From contig JBBREM010000001.1 in the NCBI GenBank assembly GCA_038202925.1, positions 3,509 through 67,508 of the forward strand: DNA of 64,000 nucleotides. Direction: 5' to 3'. Below the pieces are notes generated by a model. The model worked only from the letters and a program-made list of their open reading frames with translations, was not told where the DNA came from and searched no databases. Source of the stretch: Fimbriimonadales bacterium. GTDB taxonomy: Bacteria; Armatimonadota; Fimbriimonadia; Fimbriimonadales; Fimbriimonadaceae. Position numbers and translations under genes: made by a program. Positions 9,523-18,316 of the stretch are shown in pieces. The number at the start of each line of letters is the position of its first letter. Within the stretch, counting starts at the first letter, position 1.

Positions 9523-10164
9523 CTGCTTGCGGAAGATGATGCGCTGTTGCGGGGCACGTTGGGGCAATTGCTTCAAATGGATGGTGGGCTTGAGCTGGTG
9601 TCGGCAGTGCCGAATGGCGAACGGGCGGTGGCCGAGGCTCACGTTCTGCGCCCAAACGTGATCCTCATGGATATCGAGATGCCGAGGATGGATGGCATCG
9701 AGGCGACGCGCGAGATACGGGAGAAGCTGCCCGCGACGCAGGTCGTCATCCTCACCAAGTTCGGAGACGACGAGAAGGTATTCGCCGCGATCAAGGCAGG
9801 AGCGGTCGGTTACTTGCTGAAAGACGCGGGGCTCGATGAGATCAAGCGCGCCGTTCACGCCGCGCGCAACGGCGAGGGCGTGTTGAGCCCGGTGCTCGTC
9901 GCGAAGGCCTTGGCGGAGTTCAACCGGCTAACCCAAGTCGCGGTGAAGAATCGGGCGCTGTTTGCCGAGCTCAGTCGGCGCGAGGTCGAGGTGCTGGAGC
10001 TGCTCGCGACGGGGATGAAGAACGCGGTGACCGCGGACAAGCTTTGCCTCAGCGAACAGACGGTGAAAACGCACGTGGGCTCGATTCTGCGCAAGCTGCA
10101 TGTGAATGATCGAACGGAACCGGCGCTGGTGGCACAAAAGCATGGAATCAGGGTCCCAGAATAG
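9523..10164 (+). CDS. NarL/FixJ-family response regulator (start codon unresolved)
   Basis: Receiver domain (ILMDIEMPRMDG, VVILTKF) plus LuxR HTH (LSRREVEVLELLATGMKN...TVKTHVGSILRKL). The conserved RVLLAEDD beta1 is in frame upstream of the ORF-track TTG (9547). No ATG/GTG/TTG occurs between the in-frame stop at 9490 and 9547; only CTG 9523. Confidence 0.65.
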   Translation: MLAEDDALLRGTLGQLLQMDGGLELVSAVPNGERAVAEAHVLRPNVILMDIEMPRMDGIEATREIREKLPATQVVILTKFGDDEKVFAAIKAGAVGYLLKDAGLDEIKRAVHAARNGEGVLSPVLVAKALAEFNRLTQVAVKNRALFAELSRREVEVLELLATGMKNAVTADKLCLSEQTVKTHVGSILRKLHVNDRTEPALVAQKHGIRVPE

Positions 10165-10237
10165 TAGTTCCTCGACGCCATGTCTTTTGCGACCAACGGC
10201 CGATGGCAAGAGAGAAAACCTGGCTTAGGATAACAGC

Positions 10238-10423
10238 ATGGATATGCAAAGCATGTCGGCGGCGTTGACTCTAGTGGTGGGCGTATTCGCGCTGATCGGC
10301 ATCGCGAACCTGGTGGACTACAAGTTTCGGGTGATGGCGGCAAACAAGGCGCGGACGGCGGAAGAAGAGCGCATGCGGAGGTGGGACCTGCCTCCCACTA
10401 CCCCGATGAATTTCGACGTATAG
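10238..10423 (+). CDS. small single-pass membrane protein, hypothetical
   Basis: 61-aa ORF with one clear TM helix (AALTLVVGVFALIGIANLV). No homology recognised. Confidence 0.4.
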   Translation: MDMQSMSAALTLVVGVFALIGIANLVDYKFRVMAANKARTAEEERMRRWDLPPTTPMNFDV

Positions 10424-10463
10424 CTCAACCGCAGGCGGCGCGGGTCCGTAATACAATTCACCT

Positions 10464-11300
10464 ATGCGCACGCCCCGAAGTCGCGACCTTAGCCACCTGC
10501 GCGCATATCTCCAAGAGCAGCGACATCCGCTTGCCAGTCGCGCGCTTCCGGCGGGTCTCCTTGGCCCGGCAATCCTTATCGGTACGATTTTCTTAGCGGT
10601 GTGGTCGGTCGAGTTCATTCCGGGCTGGCTCGCCTTCCTGGCCTTTCCCTTTTGCCTTGGCATCGGGATGAGTGTTCTGTTTTCCGTGAGCAGCGCCCTT
10701 CAAAAGCCACGGAACGAGGAAGAAGCCCGCCGAGTTCGCAATTTCGAGATAGCTCAATCGATGAGCCATGCCTTGCAGCGCAAGCAGCTGCATCCCCTCG
10801 CGAGGAGGCTGCTCGAAGGGTGCGCTCATCATCGTTACCGGATCGTGCAGGCGGTGCTGACTCCTGGTTGGGAATCGACGTACTGGCGGGGCGTCCGTAA
10901 CCAGGCGGTCGAAGCCGCCGACGAAGGCATGGAGCAGGCGCTTGAGATTTGCTCGCGGTTTGCCGGTCCGCAATTCAGCCGGTCGGGCGCGTGGAAGGCG
11001 TTCGCTACCGATGTGGCTGAAGGGCAGCTTGGCGGCGCTTTGAAGCGGCTGCAGAAGATGCTGGAGGCGGACCACCCTGGCGATACCATCGACCGGCGGG
11101 ACCTGCCGCCGGAGCTTTGGCCAGTTTACGAGATCGCGTTGAAGCTGCAGCGGCTGGCCCCCGAGATGGACAAGGCCGCGCAGGATGTTTCGTCTGTCCA
11201 CCATGGCGAGGCGAGCCGGCTGGACCAGGTGCTGTCCGATCTCTCAGCGATGCGGCAGGCAGAGCAGGAATTGGAGTCGGAGCGCTTGCACCAGTATTAA
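10464..11300 (+). CDS. hypothetical membrane protein
   Basis: 278-aa ORF with two N-terminal TM helices and a helical C-terminal domain. The codon usage looks coding. No family recognised. Confidence 0.6.
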   Translation: MRTPRSRDLSHLRAYLQEQRHPLASRALPAGLLGPAILIGTIFLAVWSVEFIPGWLAFLAFPFCLGIGMSVLFSVSSALQKPRNEEEARRVRNFEIAQSMSHALQRKQLHPLARRLLEGCAHHRYRIVQAVLTPGWESTYWRGVRNQAVEAADEGMEQALEICSRFAGPQFSRSGAWKAFATDVAEGQLGGALKRLQKMLEADHPGDTIDRRDLPPELWPVYEIALKLQRLAPEMDKAAQDVSSVHHGEASRLDQVLSDLSAMRQAEQELESERLHQY

Positions 11301-11354
11301 TCGCGATTCCGGCCTACTGAAGTCCGCGCTCCTGTTATGCCGCCCTGTTGCGGC

Positions 11355-11398
11355 GGTCCTTCGACTCGCCCGCTGGGAGCGGCCTTGCTCAGGATGAC
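11355..11398. repeat. GGTCCTTCGACT...GCTCAGGATGAC element (family F)
   Basis: Same ends as 47891..47940 (same orientation) and 14348..14398 (inverted), with an internal short hairpin. Confidence 0.7.
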
Positions 11399-11405
11399 GG
11401 CCATG

Positions 11406-11780
11406 TCAGTTACCGCCGCCCGTTCCGCCCGTATCGCCGCCGGTTGTCGTGGGAGGGGCGACTGGGTCGGTTACCGGGGCGGTCGCGTCCACGACTGGCT
11501 TGGGCTTGCGCTTACGATGAGGGCGTACCGAGTGGTTCGGCCGGCCGGCCAGCGAGCCGACCTGAACCTCGACGTCCGGCGAGGGGTACTGGGTGCTCAT
11601 TGCGGTGGTGCCCGTATGGGTCTGGGTCGGGCCCGGTTGGGCGGTAGGCTGCTCATGCTGCAAGCCCGGAATCTTCAGCTTGCTGCCAATCCGGGGGGCG
11701 ATCAAGAAGTAGCCAATCGCAGCGAGAATGGCGGGCACGATCAGCCATTTGAGAACCACAAGCCCGGGCGAGCGCGCCAT
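11406..11780 (-). CDS. membrane-anchored Pro/Thr-rich hypothetical protein
   Basis: The internal ATG at 11780 precedes a TM helix (LVVLKWLIVPAILAAIGYFLIAP). The longer ORF-track version (to 11945) would overlap the divergent gene at 11814. Confidence 0.5.
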   Translation of the reverse strand: MARSPGLVVLKWLIVPAILAAIGYFLIAPRIGSKLKIPGLQHEQPTAQPGPTQTHTGTTAMSTQYPSPDVEVQVGSLAGRPNHSVRPHRKRKPKPVVDATAPVTDPVAPPTTTGGDTGGTGGGN

Positions 11781-11813
11781 ATCGATATTATGACGCGCGG
11801 GTAACCTGACCTG

Positions 11814-13427
11814 GTGCCGTCCCAGGTGTACGAAGAGGCTCTCGAACTTGAAATCGGCCTCCTGGAGGCCTTGGAGCCAACGCCCGGCAGCTATCCCTAT
11901 CCGGCTCTGCAGGTGACGGGGCGAGCCGAGAGCCGCGTGTTCCAATCGATCGTGCTCGAGAACGCCTACCTGAGGGCGACATTCATTCCGGCGCTCGGCG
12001 GACGGTTGCTATCGCTGTTCGACAAGCGAAGCGCGGCCGAGAAGCTGCACACCGGCCCCCTGATTTCGGCGAGCGGCGGACGGCGAGGCGCTTACGTCGA
12101 GGCCGGCACTGAAGTGCAGATCAGCGGCGAGCGGCGGGTCACCAGCCTAGGTGCGGTGCTCGCGGCGGCGATCGAGCCGGAGGACGATGAGGCTCCGGCT
12201 GCCCTATGGCTTTCGGAAGCAAGCTGCGGAGGCGGACTGAGCTGGCATCTGCGAATTGAGCTACCGGCGAACGCGGCGCAGCTCAGACTTCAAGGGCGAG
12301 TCTTCAACCGCACTTTTTCGAGCGTGCCTTATAACGGCGGGCTCATCGCTCCTGGGTTCAGCCCAATCGGTGCGGCGGCGGTCAAGGGTGGCCTGGTTAT
12401 TGAGAGCAAGCTTTCGGCGGTAGGCGGCGCGCTGTGCCGTTTCCCCTCGGCAGTGTCGCTCGCGCCGCGCCAGACCGATGCCTGGGAGGCCGCCATCGGG
12501 GTATTCGGCCTGGATGCGCCGGACGGGGCCTCTGCGGAGGTCGCGCTCGCGGTCGGTGCCTCGACGCTGGCACTTCATTCAAGCCGGGCGCGGCCCCGAC
12601 ATAAGCTGTTCCTTCTCACAGGCGGAGGGCAGACGGTGGAGACGACTGTCGATCTCGTCCCGGAGCAGGTGTTGGAAGTGCCCCTTGGCGAGCTGCGGCC
12701 GGAGGCGATCGTACTGCGCGACGCAGATGGCGTTGACGTGCTTCGCTGGCCCGTAGAAGTCCCAGCGATTGAGCCCGCGCCGTCCTCCCGAGAGGTTCAG
12801 GCGGCGGACAGCGACTATGGGGCGTTCGATCCCTCCACCCGCCACGGCGCACTTGTTTTGAGAGCGATGAATGATCATGGCGCGGCCGAATCTCATCTTG
12901 AACAGGCTCTCATGTACGACGCCGAGGATCACTTGGCGTGGTGGCTCAAAGCGGCGCTGAGCCGCGGGGAGGAAGACTCCCCCGAGTTGCTCAATGCGCA
13001 CTTCCTCGCTCCCTTGGAACCGGCGCTGCGGGCTGAGAGCTTCCTTCGTCAGCCGCGTGAGCAGGGCCGGGAGCCGAATCCACTCCTTAAACCCCTGGCG
13101 CAAACTCCGGATGCGTTTATCGAGGTGGCCGCGCTTCTGATCGAGGCCAACCTCGTGGAGGATGCAGCGCGTTGGATCGATGAGGCGCTTCGGCATGAGG
13201 ACATGGCGATGCTTCGCTATCTGCTCGCCAGCGCGTATCTCATGGCCAGCCGAATGGAGGTCGACGCGGCCCAGCAAGTCGCGGCGGCGGCGAAGCTCGG
13301 CGTGCGACCCCCGTACCCTTATCGGGATGTCGAATGGACTGCTCTGCGGTCGCTGCATGAGCGATTTCCGGCAGACGCGACGCTCACGGGCTACCTTGAC
13401 TTGGCTACGAAATTTGACGCACAATGA
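11814..13427 (+). CDS. hypothetical protein (beta-rich N-terminal region, TPR-like helical C-terminal region)
   Basis: 537-aa ORF with a GTG start. The N-terminus (VLENAYLRATFIPALGGRLLSLFDK) is reminiscent of mutarotase-like DUF families. The C-terminus is helical-repeat-like. Function not supported. Confidence 0.65.
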   Translation: MPSQVYEEALELEIGLLEALEPTPGSYPYPALQVTGRAESRVFQSIVLENAYLRATFIPALGGRLLSLFDKRSAAEKLHTGPLISASGGRRGAYVEAGTEVQISGERRVTSLGAVLAAAIEPEDDEAPAALWLSEASCGGGLSWHLRIELPANAAQLRLQGRVFNRTFSSVPYNGGLIAPGFSPIGAAAVKGGLVIESKLSAVGGALCRFPSAVSLAPRQTDAWEAAIGVFGLDAPDGASAEVALAVGASTLALHSSRARPRHKLFLLTGGGQTVETTVDLVPEQVLEVPLGELRPEAIVLRDADGVDVLRWPVEVPAIEPAPSSREVQAADSDYGAFDPSTRHGALVLRAMNDHGAAESHLEQALMYDAEDHLAWWLKAALSRGEEDSPELLNAHFLAPLEPALRAESFLRQPREQGREPNPLLKPLAQTPDAFIEVAALLIEANLVEDAARWIDEALRHEDMAMLRYLLASAYLMASRMEVDAAQQVAAAAKLGVRPPYPYRDVEWTALRSLHERFPADATLTGYLDLATKFDAQ

Positions 13428-13439
13428 GCCTCCTCGAGC

Positions 13440-13516
13440 GGCGGATATAGCTCAGGGGTTAGAGCGCCTGACTGTGGCTCAGGAGGTCGTGGGTTCAAGA
13501 CCCATTATCCGCCCCA
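13440..13516 (+). tRNA. tRNA-His (anticodon GTG)
   Basis: Manual cloverleaf: encoded G-1, acceptor GCGGATA/TATCCGC, anticodon arm CCTGA-CTGTGGC-TCAGG, T arm GTGGG-TTCAAGA-CCCAT, discriminator C, encoded CCA. Confidence 0.9.
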
Positions 13517-13732
13517 ATGCCTGTGGCTTGTACGGGGTCGAGAGGAAGGCCCGGCAGGATGCCGGCGCTCCCAGCTATCGCGATTTGTGCTGCGGGTCCC
13601 GGCAAATCTCCGAGCTTTGTGCCCTCTATGCCGGTTAAGGGGCGAAATCCTCGTATTTTTGCCCGCTTGTTCAGCGAACAACCTGTTGCTAACCTACATC
13701 GTGATTCTCGGGCTCGCCACCGGAGATTTGAT

Positions 13733-14275
13733 ATGGCAGGCATTAAGCATCCGGGGAAACGAATATCGTCCGTCGCGCGGGCGGAGTATCTTCTCGCGAG
13801 GGGCGATCCTCGAGCCGCCGCAGCCTGCGCCCGGCGGGTCCTACGTCACGATCCGGAGCAAATTGGGTGCCTCGAAGTACTTGCCCGATCGTTGTGGCAG
13901 CTCGGCTTGTACGATTCGCTGCTTGTTACGATAGCCACGCTTACTCGGCTGAACCCTTATGAGCCCGGCTATCACGAACTGCGAGGGGCGGCCCTGCAGG
14001 CTCTTGGCAGGCTAGGGGAAGCGGTCAAGGCTTTCGCGCGAGCGACTCCGAAATCCGATATCGCCGGAGCATCCGTGCAGGAGCTGCGAAACTGGCAGGA
14101 AACCGTGATTGCGGACATGATCCGCGACGATGAGGTATTCCGCATCGCCTATGCGCGGGATCCCGAATCCGCTTGTCGAGAGCGCGGCTTTGAGTTCCTG
14201 ACCGAGTGCCGCCCCGGCGACACCTGGCTCGCCAAGAGCGAAGCGCAGACTGCGTTGTATTCGCGCCCAAGCTAA
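13733..14275 (+). CDS. TPR-repeat hypothetical protein
   Basis: The start was moved to ATG 13733 because the ORF-track start (13517) abuts the tRNA. TPR-like helices are visible (ARGDPRAAAACARRVLRHDPEQ, ELRGAALQALGRLGEAVKAFARA). Confidence 0.6.
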   Translation: MAGIKHPGKRISSVARAEYLLARGDPRAAAACARRVLRHDPEQIGCLEVLARSLWQLGLYDSLLVTIATLTRLNPYEPGYHELRGAALQALGRLGEAVKAFARATPKSDIAGASVQELRNWQETVIADMIRDDEVFRIAYARDPESACRERGFEFLTECRPGDTWLAKSEAQTALYSRPS

Positions 14276-14292
14276 TCTGCTCGTTCGCTTCA

Positions 14293-14324
14293 CATGCCGT
14301 GACGGCTACACGCCTTCGGCATCA
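14293..14324. repeat. family D repeat copy
   Basis: CATGCCGTGACGGCTACACGCCTTCGGCATCA; compare 4578..4610. Confidence 0.65.
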
Positions 14325-14347
14325 TCACCCCTTATGAACATACTGTC

Positions 14348-14398
14348 GTCATCCTGAGCGTAGAGGCGAGCCGTGCGAGTGCTCGCAGTCGAAGGACC
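14348..14398. repeat. family F element (inverted orientation)
   Basis: GTCATCCTGAGCG...CGAGCCGTGCGAGTGCTCG hairpin...AGTCGAAGGACC. This is the reverse complement of the ends seen at 11355 and 47891. Confidence 0.7.
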
Positions 14399-14435
14399 GC
14401 CGCACGAGCGCGACACCTGTCTATTCGCTACCAGC

Positions 14436-15425
14436 CTAAGCGCCGGAACGCCCGGCGAACTGGTAGTACAGCCGCAGCACCTTGCGCACGTAGTTCTGCG
14501 TTTCCCGGTAAGGCGGAATTCCCTTGTAGCGCCGCACCGCGCCGGGGCCCGCGTTATATGCGGCGAGGGCTAGGACGAGCGATTCATAGCTCTTGCCGCC
14601 GGTCTGGGCGTGGTAGTCGTTCAGATGGCCGCGGACGAGGCGCACCGTCGCCGAGAGGTTCTGCATGGTGTCGTAGGCGTTGGTCACGCCCATCTCCTGC
14701 ATATTGCTCGGCATGAGCTGGCCCAGCCCCATCGCCCCGGCGTGGCTGACCTCATTTGGGTTAAAGTCGCTCTCCGTCATCACCATCGCCATGATTAGGC
14801 GCGCGTCGACTCCGTACTTCAGGCTGAAACCGATAATTCCGGCGGCGATCTCCATCGCCTGCGCGTTACTCAGCTTGGAGTTTTCCTTCTTGATGAATGC
14901 GGTGTAGATAGGGGCGACCTCGCTTGCCGGGAGGTTCCAGTTCTTGGGCGGCACCTGCTGCTTTAATGGAGTCGTCTCGCGGCGGCGTTTGATGTTTTCC
15001 TCGAATTGCTTCTTCCTGAGAGCGGCCTCGATCGGGCCGATCTGGTCCTCGCCGGCGGCGGCGATCAGCTGTGCTTTGAGGGGCGAATTCTCATCGGCGC
15101 GGGTGGCGCGGATGATCAGGCGAGCGCGGATCTCGTTGCCGTTCTTCAGCCAGGCGGGGATGACGTCGGCATCGACGACTTCTGTCTGGCCATCGGTGCG
15201 CTCGACCAGTAAGGCGAATTTGCCCGCCACGCCGAAGGTGCCTTTGACGATCCCTTTCAGTTCCATCACGCGCGTGCCGATAAGGATTTCCAGGGCGGGG
15301 ACTTCGACCGCTTGCTCGATTCCGTATTTCTTGCGCGTGGCGAGGTAGCCCTGCAGACTCTGAGCGAGCGTGCATGCGCATAGCGTCAGCGCGGCGAAGA
15401 TGATGGCAAGGCGGCGGGCGGTCAT
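14436..15425 (-). CDS. lytic transglycosylase (SLT domain) with N-terminal lipoprotein-like signal
   Basis: SLT motifs (MTESDFNPNEVSHAGAMGLGQLMP, AAYNAGPGAV). ATG 15425 gives the signal peptide MTARRLAIIFAALTLCAC. The longer ORF would run into tRNA-Ser. Confidence 0.85.
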   Translation of the reverse strand: MTARRLAIIFAALTLCACTLAQSLQGYLATRKKYGIEQAVEVPALEILIGTRVMELKGIVKGTFGVAGKFALLVERTDGQTEVVDADVIPAWLKNGNEIRARLIIRATRADENSPLKAQLIAAAGEDQIGPIEAALRKKQFEENIKRRRETTPLKQQVPPKNWNLPASEVAPIYTAFIKKENSKLSNAQAMEIAAGIIGFSLKYGVDARLIMAMVMTESDFNPNEVSHAGAMGLGQLMPSNMQEMGVTNAYDTMQNLSATVRLVRGHLNDYHAQTGGKSYESLVLALAAYNAGPGAVRRYKGIPPYRETQNYVRKVLRLYYQFAGRSGA

Positions 15426-15451
15426 GACGTGCGGCGTAGACCGGGCAAAGC

Positions 15452-15542
15452 TGGCGGAGAGATCGGGATTCGAACCCGAGAAGAGGTTAACCCCCTTACC
15501 CACTTAGCAGGCGGGCGCTTTCGTCCACTCAGCCATCTCTCC
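15452..15542 (-). tRNA. tRNA-Ser (anticodon GCT)
   Basis: On the minus strand: GGAGAGA acceptor, anticodon arm CCCGC-CTGCTAA-GTGGG, long variable arm, T arm CGGGTTCGAATCCCG, encoded CCA. Confidence 0.9.
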
Positions 15543-15554
15543 GCGCCAGGTCCG

Positions 15555-15590
15555 ATTATACATTTTCGGTTGGTTCTTAGAACTTCGTTT
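15555..15590 (-). promoter_or_regulatory. candidate promoter for tRNA-Ser
   Basis: A perfect TATAAT on the minus strand (plus-strand 15555-15560) lies 12 nt upstream of the mature tRNA 5' end. Only a weak -35 (TTCTAA) is present. Confidence 0.3.
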
Positions 15591-15663
15591 CTTACGCTTG
15601 ACTCTAGGCCCATATTTCAACACGGAGGAAAGGAGGAACCGAGGGGTATGGGCCACGATCAGC

Positions 15664-15731
15664 GTAGGGGCAAGGCGTGCCTTGCCCGAGGGTTTGCCGC
15701 GGGCATAAGGCACGGCACGCCGTGCCCCTAC
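15664..15731. repeat. GC-rich palindromic element (family E)
   Basis: GTAGGGGCAAGGCGTGCCTTGCCC ... GGCACGGCACGCCGTGCCCCTAC. The two arms are mutually complementary, and the left arm is also a palindrome on its own. A further left-arm copy lies at 63971. Confidence 0.7.
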
Positions 15732-15879
15732 GACCGCAGCCGCATCAACGAGAGTTTCAACGCAGAGACGCAGAGACTTTCTTGAGGATGCTGCTACGTT
15801 TGCCAGCATGGCGGCGGGTTCCCGATTCCGATACTTGACTTAGCGGGCATGGATGCCTGCGCCCAAGGAGAAACGGAGT

Positions 15880-17262
15880 TTGCGTCACGGACTAAACCAT
15901 TCCCATCGCGCGGAGACGAATTTGACGCTGCGCGTCGATCCGCGAGTCGTGCTCGCCAGCCAGATTCTTCAATTTACTCAGGCTGAGCTCGAGCAGGCCA
16001 TCGAGGCGGAGCTTAACGAAAATCCGGCTTTGGAGCGGCTGCAGGACGATCAAGATCCGCTGAGCGATGAGGCGATCCTCAAGTCGGTCGCACCGCAAGA
16101 GCTGCGTGTTAGTAGCGACGACTACGAATTCCGCCGCAGCATCGTGCAGGACGACGATCAGGTCGATTGGATCGAGCTTGCGCCAAGCGGAACCACTCTA
16201 TGGGAGCACCTGCGCGGCCAACTGCTGATCGCGATGGATCCGAAGCTCGCACACGTCGCGCACTACGTGATTGAGTGCGTCAATGAGAAGGGCTATTTGA
16301 CGGCGTCGGTCGAAGAGATCGCCCTCGCAACCGGCGTTTCGCTCGAAGATTCGGAGAAGGTCATCGCGAAGCTGCAGGCCTGCGATCCACTCGGAGTCGG
16401 CGCTTACAACATTCAGGAATGCCTGCTCCTGCAACTGCGCAACGCGGAGACGGTCGAAGAGAAGCTGGCCCGCGCGATTCTTCAGCACCACATGGAAGAG
16501 TTCATGGCTCGCCGCACGCACCGGCTGATGCGCAAGTATCGCGTGATGCCGGAAGTGGTCGAAGCCGCGTTCCAGGAGATACTCGCGCTGACTCCCTTCC
16601 CCGGAGAAGGATTCGACAACACTTCGAGCTACGTTCGCCAGGAGCGCAGCGTAGGGGTCTCGCCCGACCTAGTTTTGACTCGCAGCGAAGTGGGTTGGCT
16701 GGTGGAGATCAAGGGCGCGGAACCCTCGTCGTTCGGCCTCGAGCGTGAATACCGCACACGCCACGAGGCTCTGCAGAATGCGAGCCGAGCGCCCAAGGAT
16801 GAGAAACGGCACATCGCCGCCTACGTGCAGCGAGCCAACGACTTTATCACGTGCCTGCAGCAGCGGCGCAAAACGCTGCGTCTCATCGGCGACTATCTCG
16901 TTGAGCATCAGGTCAGCTTCGTCAGCACGGGGAGCTACGAATTCCTCAAATCGCTTACTCGCTCACAAATGGCGCGCGATCTGGGACTGCACGAAAGCAC
17001 GATCAGCCGGGCGACCCAGGGCAAGTTTGTTCAAATCGCAAATGGCGAGGTGGTCTCGTTCGACGTCTTCTTCAAGCCGGCGCTGCGGGTGCAGAAGATG
17101 ATCGAGGAGATTTTGCAGCACGAGAATCCCAATCACCCGCTATCCGACGACGCGATCTCGCACATGCTTGCCAAGCGTGGAATCCACGTCGCGCGGCGTA
17201 CCGTGAACAAATATCGAGATCGGAAGAAACTCCTCTCCTCGAGAAAGCGGCGTTCAGCCTAG
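15880..17262 (+). CDS. rpoN: RNA polymerase sigma-54 factor
   Basis: N-terminal Gln/Leu-rich region I (VLASQILQFTQAELEQAIEAELNENPALE), core-binding region, and C-terminal HTH and RpoN box (ARRTVNKYR). TTG 15880 has an AAGGAG 9 nt upstream; ATG 15853 is the alternative. Confidence 0.9.
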   Translation: MRHGLNHSHRAETNLTLRVDPRVVLASQILQFTQAELEQAIEAELNENPALERLQDDQDPLSDEAILKSVAPQELRVSSDDYEFRRSIVQDDDQVDWIELAPSGTTLWEHLRGQLLIAMDPKLAHVAHYVIECVNEKGYLTASVEEIALATGVSLEDSEKVIAKLQACDPLGVGAYNIQECLLLQLRNAETVEEKLARAILQHHMEEFMARRTHRLMRKYRVMPEVVEAAFQEILALTPFPGEGFDNTSSYVRQERSVGVSPDLVLTRSEVGWLVEIKGAEPSSFGLEREYRTRHEALQNASRAPKDEKRHIAAYVQRANDFITCLQQRRKTLRLIGDYLVEHQVSFVSTGSYEFLKSLTRSQMARDLGLHESTISRATQGKFVQIANGEVVSFDVFFKPALRVQKMIEEILQHENPNHPLSDDAISHMLAKRGIHVARRTVNKYRDRKKLLSSRKRRSA

Positions 17263-18315
17263 CGTTTTGTTGAGGAGGTCGATGTTGCCGAGCGCGAGCT
17301 TTTGAAGCTCCGCGCCCTTGCGATCCATGATCTTCACATTTCGGTCTCGCGACGCCTGATGCTGGACGAACATGTCATACACGCGCTGGGCGGTGAGTCC
17401 TTCGATCGCGGGCGCGGAGCCGATATCAAGCATCTTGGCAAAGGCGGCGACCTTGGGATCGTAGCTCACCATCAGCGGCGGGATTCCGACGGTCGTCGCG
17501 AGAATTCCGGCGTGGAGCCGCATGGCGATCACTCCATCCATTCGCGCGAGACGCTGCTGGAGCTGCATGGGAGTCTGAAGCTTCTTGAGATCGGGGATCT
17601 TGCCGCCCTGCGCCTTCGCGATCTCGAGCATGAGCGGTCCGTCGGCGTTGCGGTCCATTTCGATGAGGACGGGCATGTAGTTGTTTTGGAATAGCATCCT
17701 TGCGAGCTCGGCGAAGAGTTGCACAACCTGCTTCCCCTTGCCAAACGGCCGCACCGAAATGCCCACCGTTTTCATGTTGCCGACATTGAAGGCTTGGCCC
17801 TCATCGCCCATGGGTGGGGGCAGGAGAAAGGCCGCGTCGGCGGTGAGTTTGATCGGCTTCTTGATGCCAAGCCCCTGCAGGGTTGAGATCGAGTGCGGAT
17901 CACGGACGGCGATGGCGTCGGCCTTGGTGAACGCCTGGATGGTGGCCCGCTTGCCGAAGTAGCTGGTGACGGGGCCGACGCCCTGGCCGAGCAGTAAGAC
18001 CTTTTTGTTCTTTGCCTTCGCCCAGCTGACGAGCTGTGCGTAGTACATCGCGCTTTTCACCGAGGTGACGTCTTGGAAAATGCTGCCGCCTGGGAAGATG
18101 AGGGCGTCGCATTTATCGATGGCTTCCTTCACCTTCGCCATCTCCATCCTCGGCACGGATCGCAATCCGTACACGCGGTAGGTTTCTTCGGGGTGGCCGC
18201 TTAGAACGGTGATCTCGTGCTTGGCGTCGCCCAGGCCCTGGACGAATCCGAGCAGGATCGCATCGTCTCCAAGGTTTCCGCAACCGAAGTAGCCGGATAG
18301 AAGCAGTTGGGCCAA
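17254..18315 (-). CDS. csaB: polysaccharide pyruvyl transferase CsaB
   Basis: LLLSGYFGCGNLGDDAILLGF N-terminus typical of CsaB. TTG 18315 sits one nt after the upstream stop, with GGAGA upstream. Confidence 0.85.
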   Translation of the reverse strand: MAQLLLSGYFGCGNLGDDAILLGFVQGLGDAKHEITVLSGHPEETYRVYGLRSVPRMEMAKVKEAIDKCDALIFPGGSIFQDVTSVKSAMYYAQLVSWAKAKNKKVLLLGQGVGPVTSYFGKRATIQAFTKADAIAVRDPHSISTLQGLGIKKPIKLTADAAFLLPPPMGDEGQAFNVGNMKTVGISVRPFGKGKQVVQLFAELARMLFQNNYMPVLIEMDRNADGPLMLEIAKAQGGKIPDLKKLQTPMQLQQRLARMDGVIAMRLHAGILATTVGIPPLMVSYDPKVAAFAKMLDIGSAPAIEGLTAQRVYDMFVQHQASRDRNVKIMDRKGAELQKLALGNIDLLNKTLG

Positions 18316-18316
18316 G

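Noticed and set aside
12579-13424. 281-aa minus-strand ORF opposite the 537-aa hypothetical gene
   Set aside because: It has shadow-ORF composition. The plus-strand frame is longer and has a plausible domain layout. This is less certain than the other rejections because neither frame has a recognised family.
13440-15542. Integrated element between tRNA-His and tRNA-Ser
   Set aside because: The interval holds only a TPR gene and a lytic transglycosylase. There is no integrase, no direct repeat of a tRNA 3' end, and no visible compositional shift.
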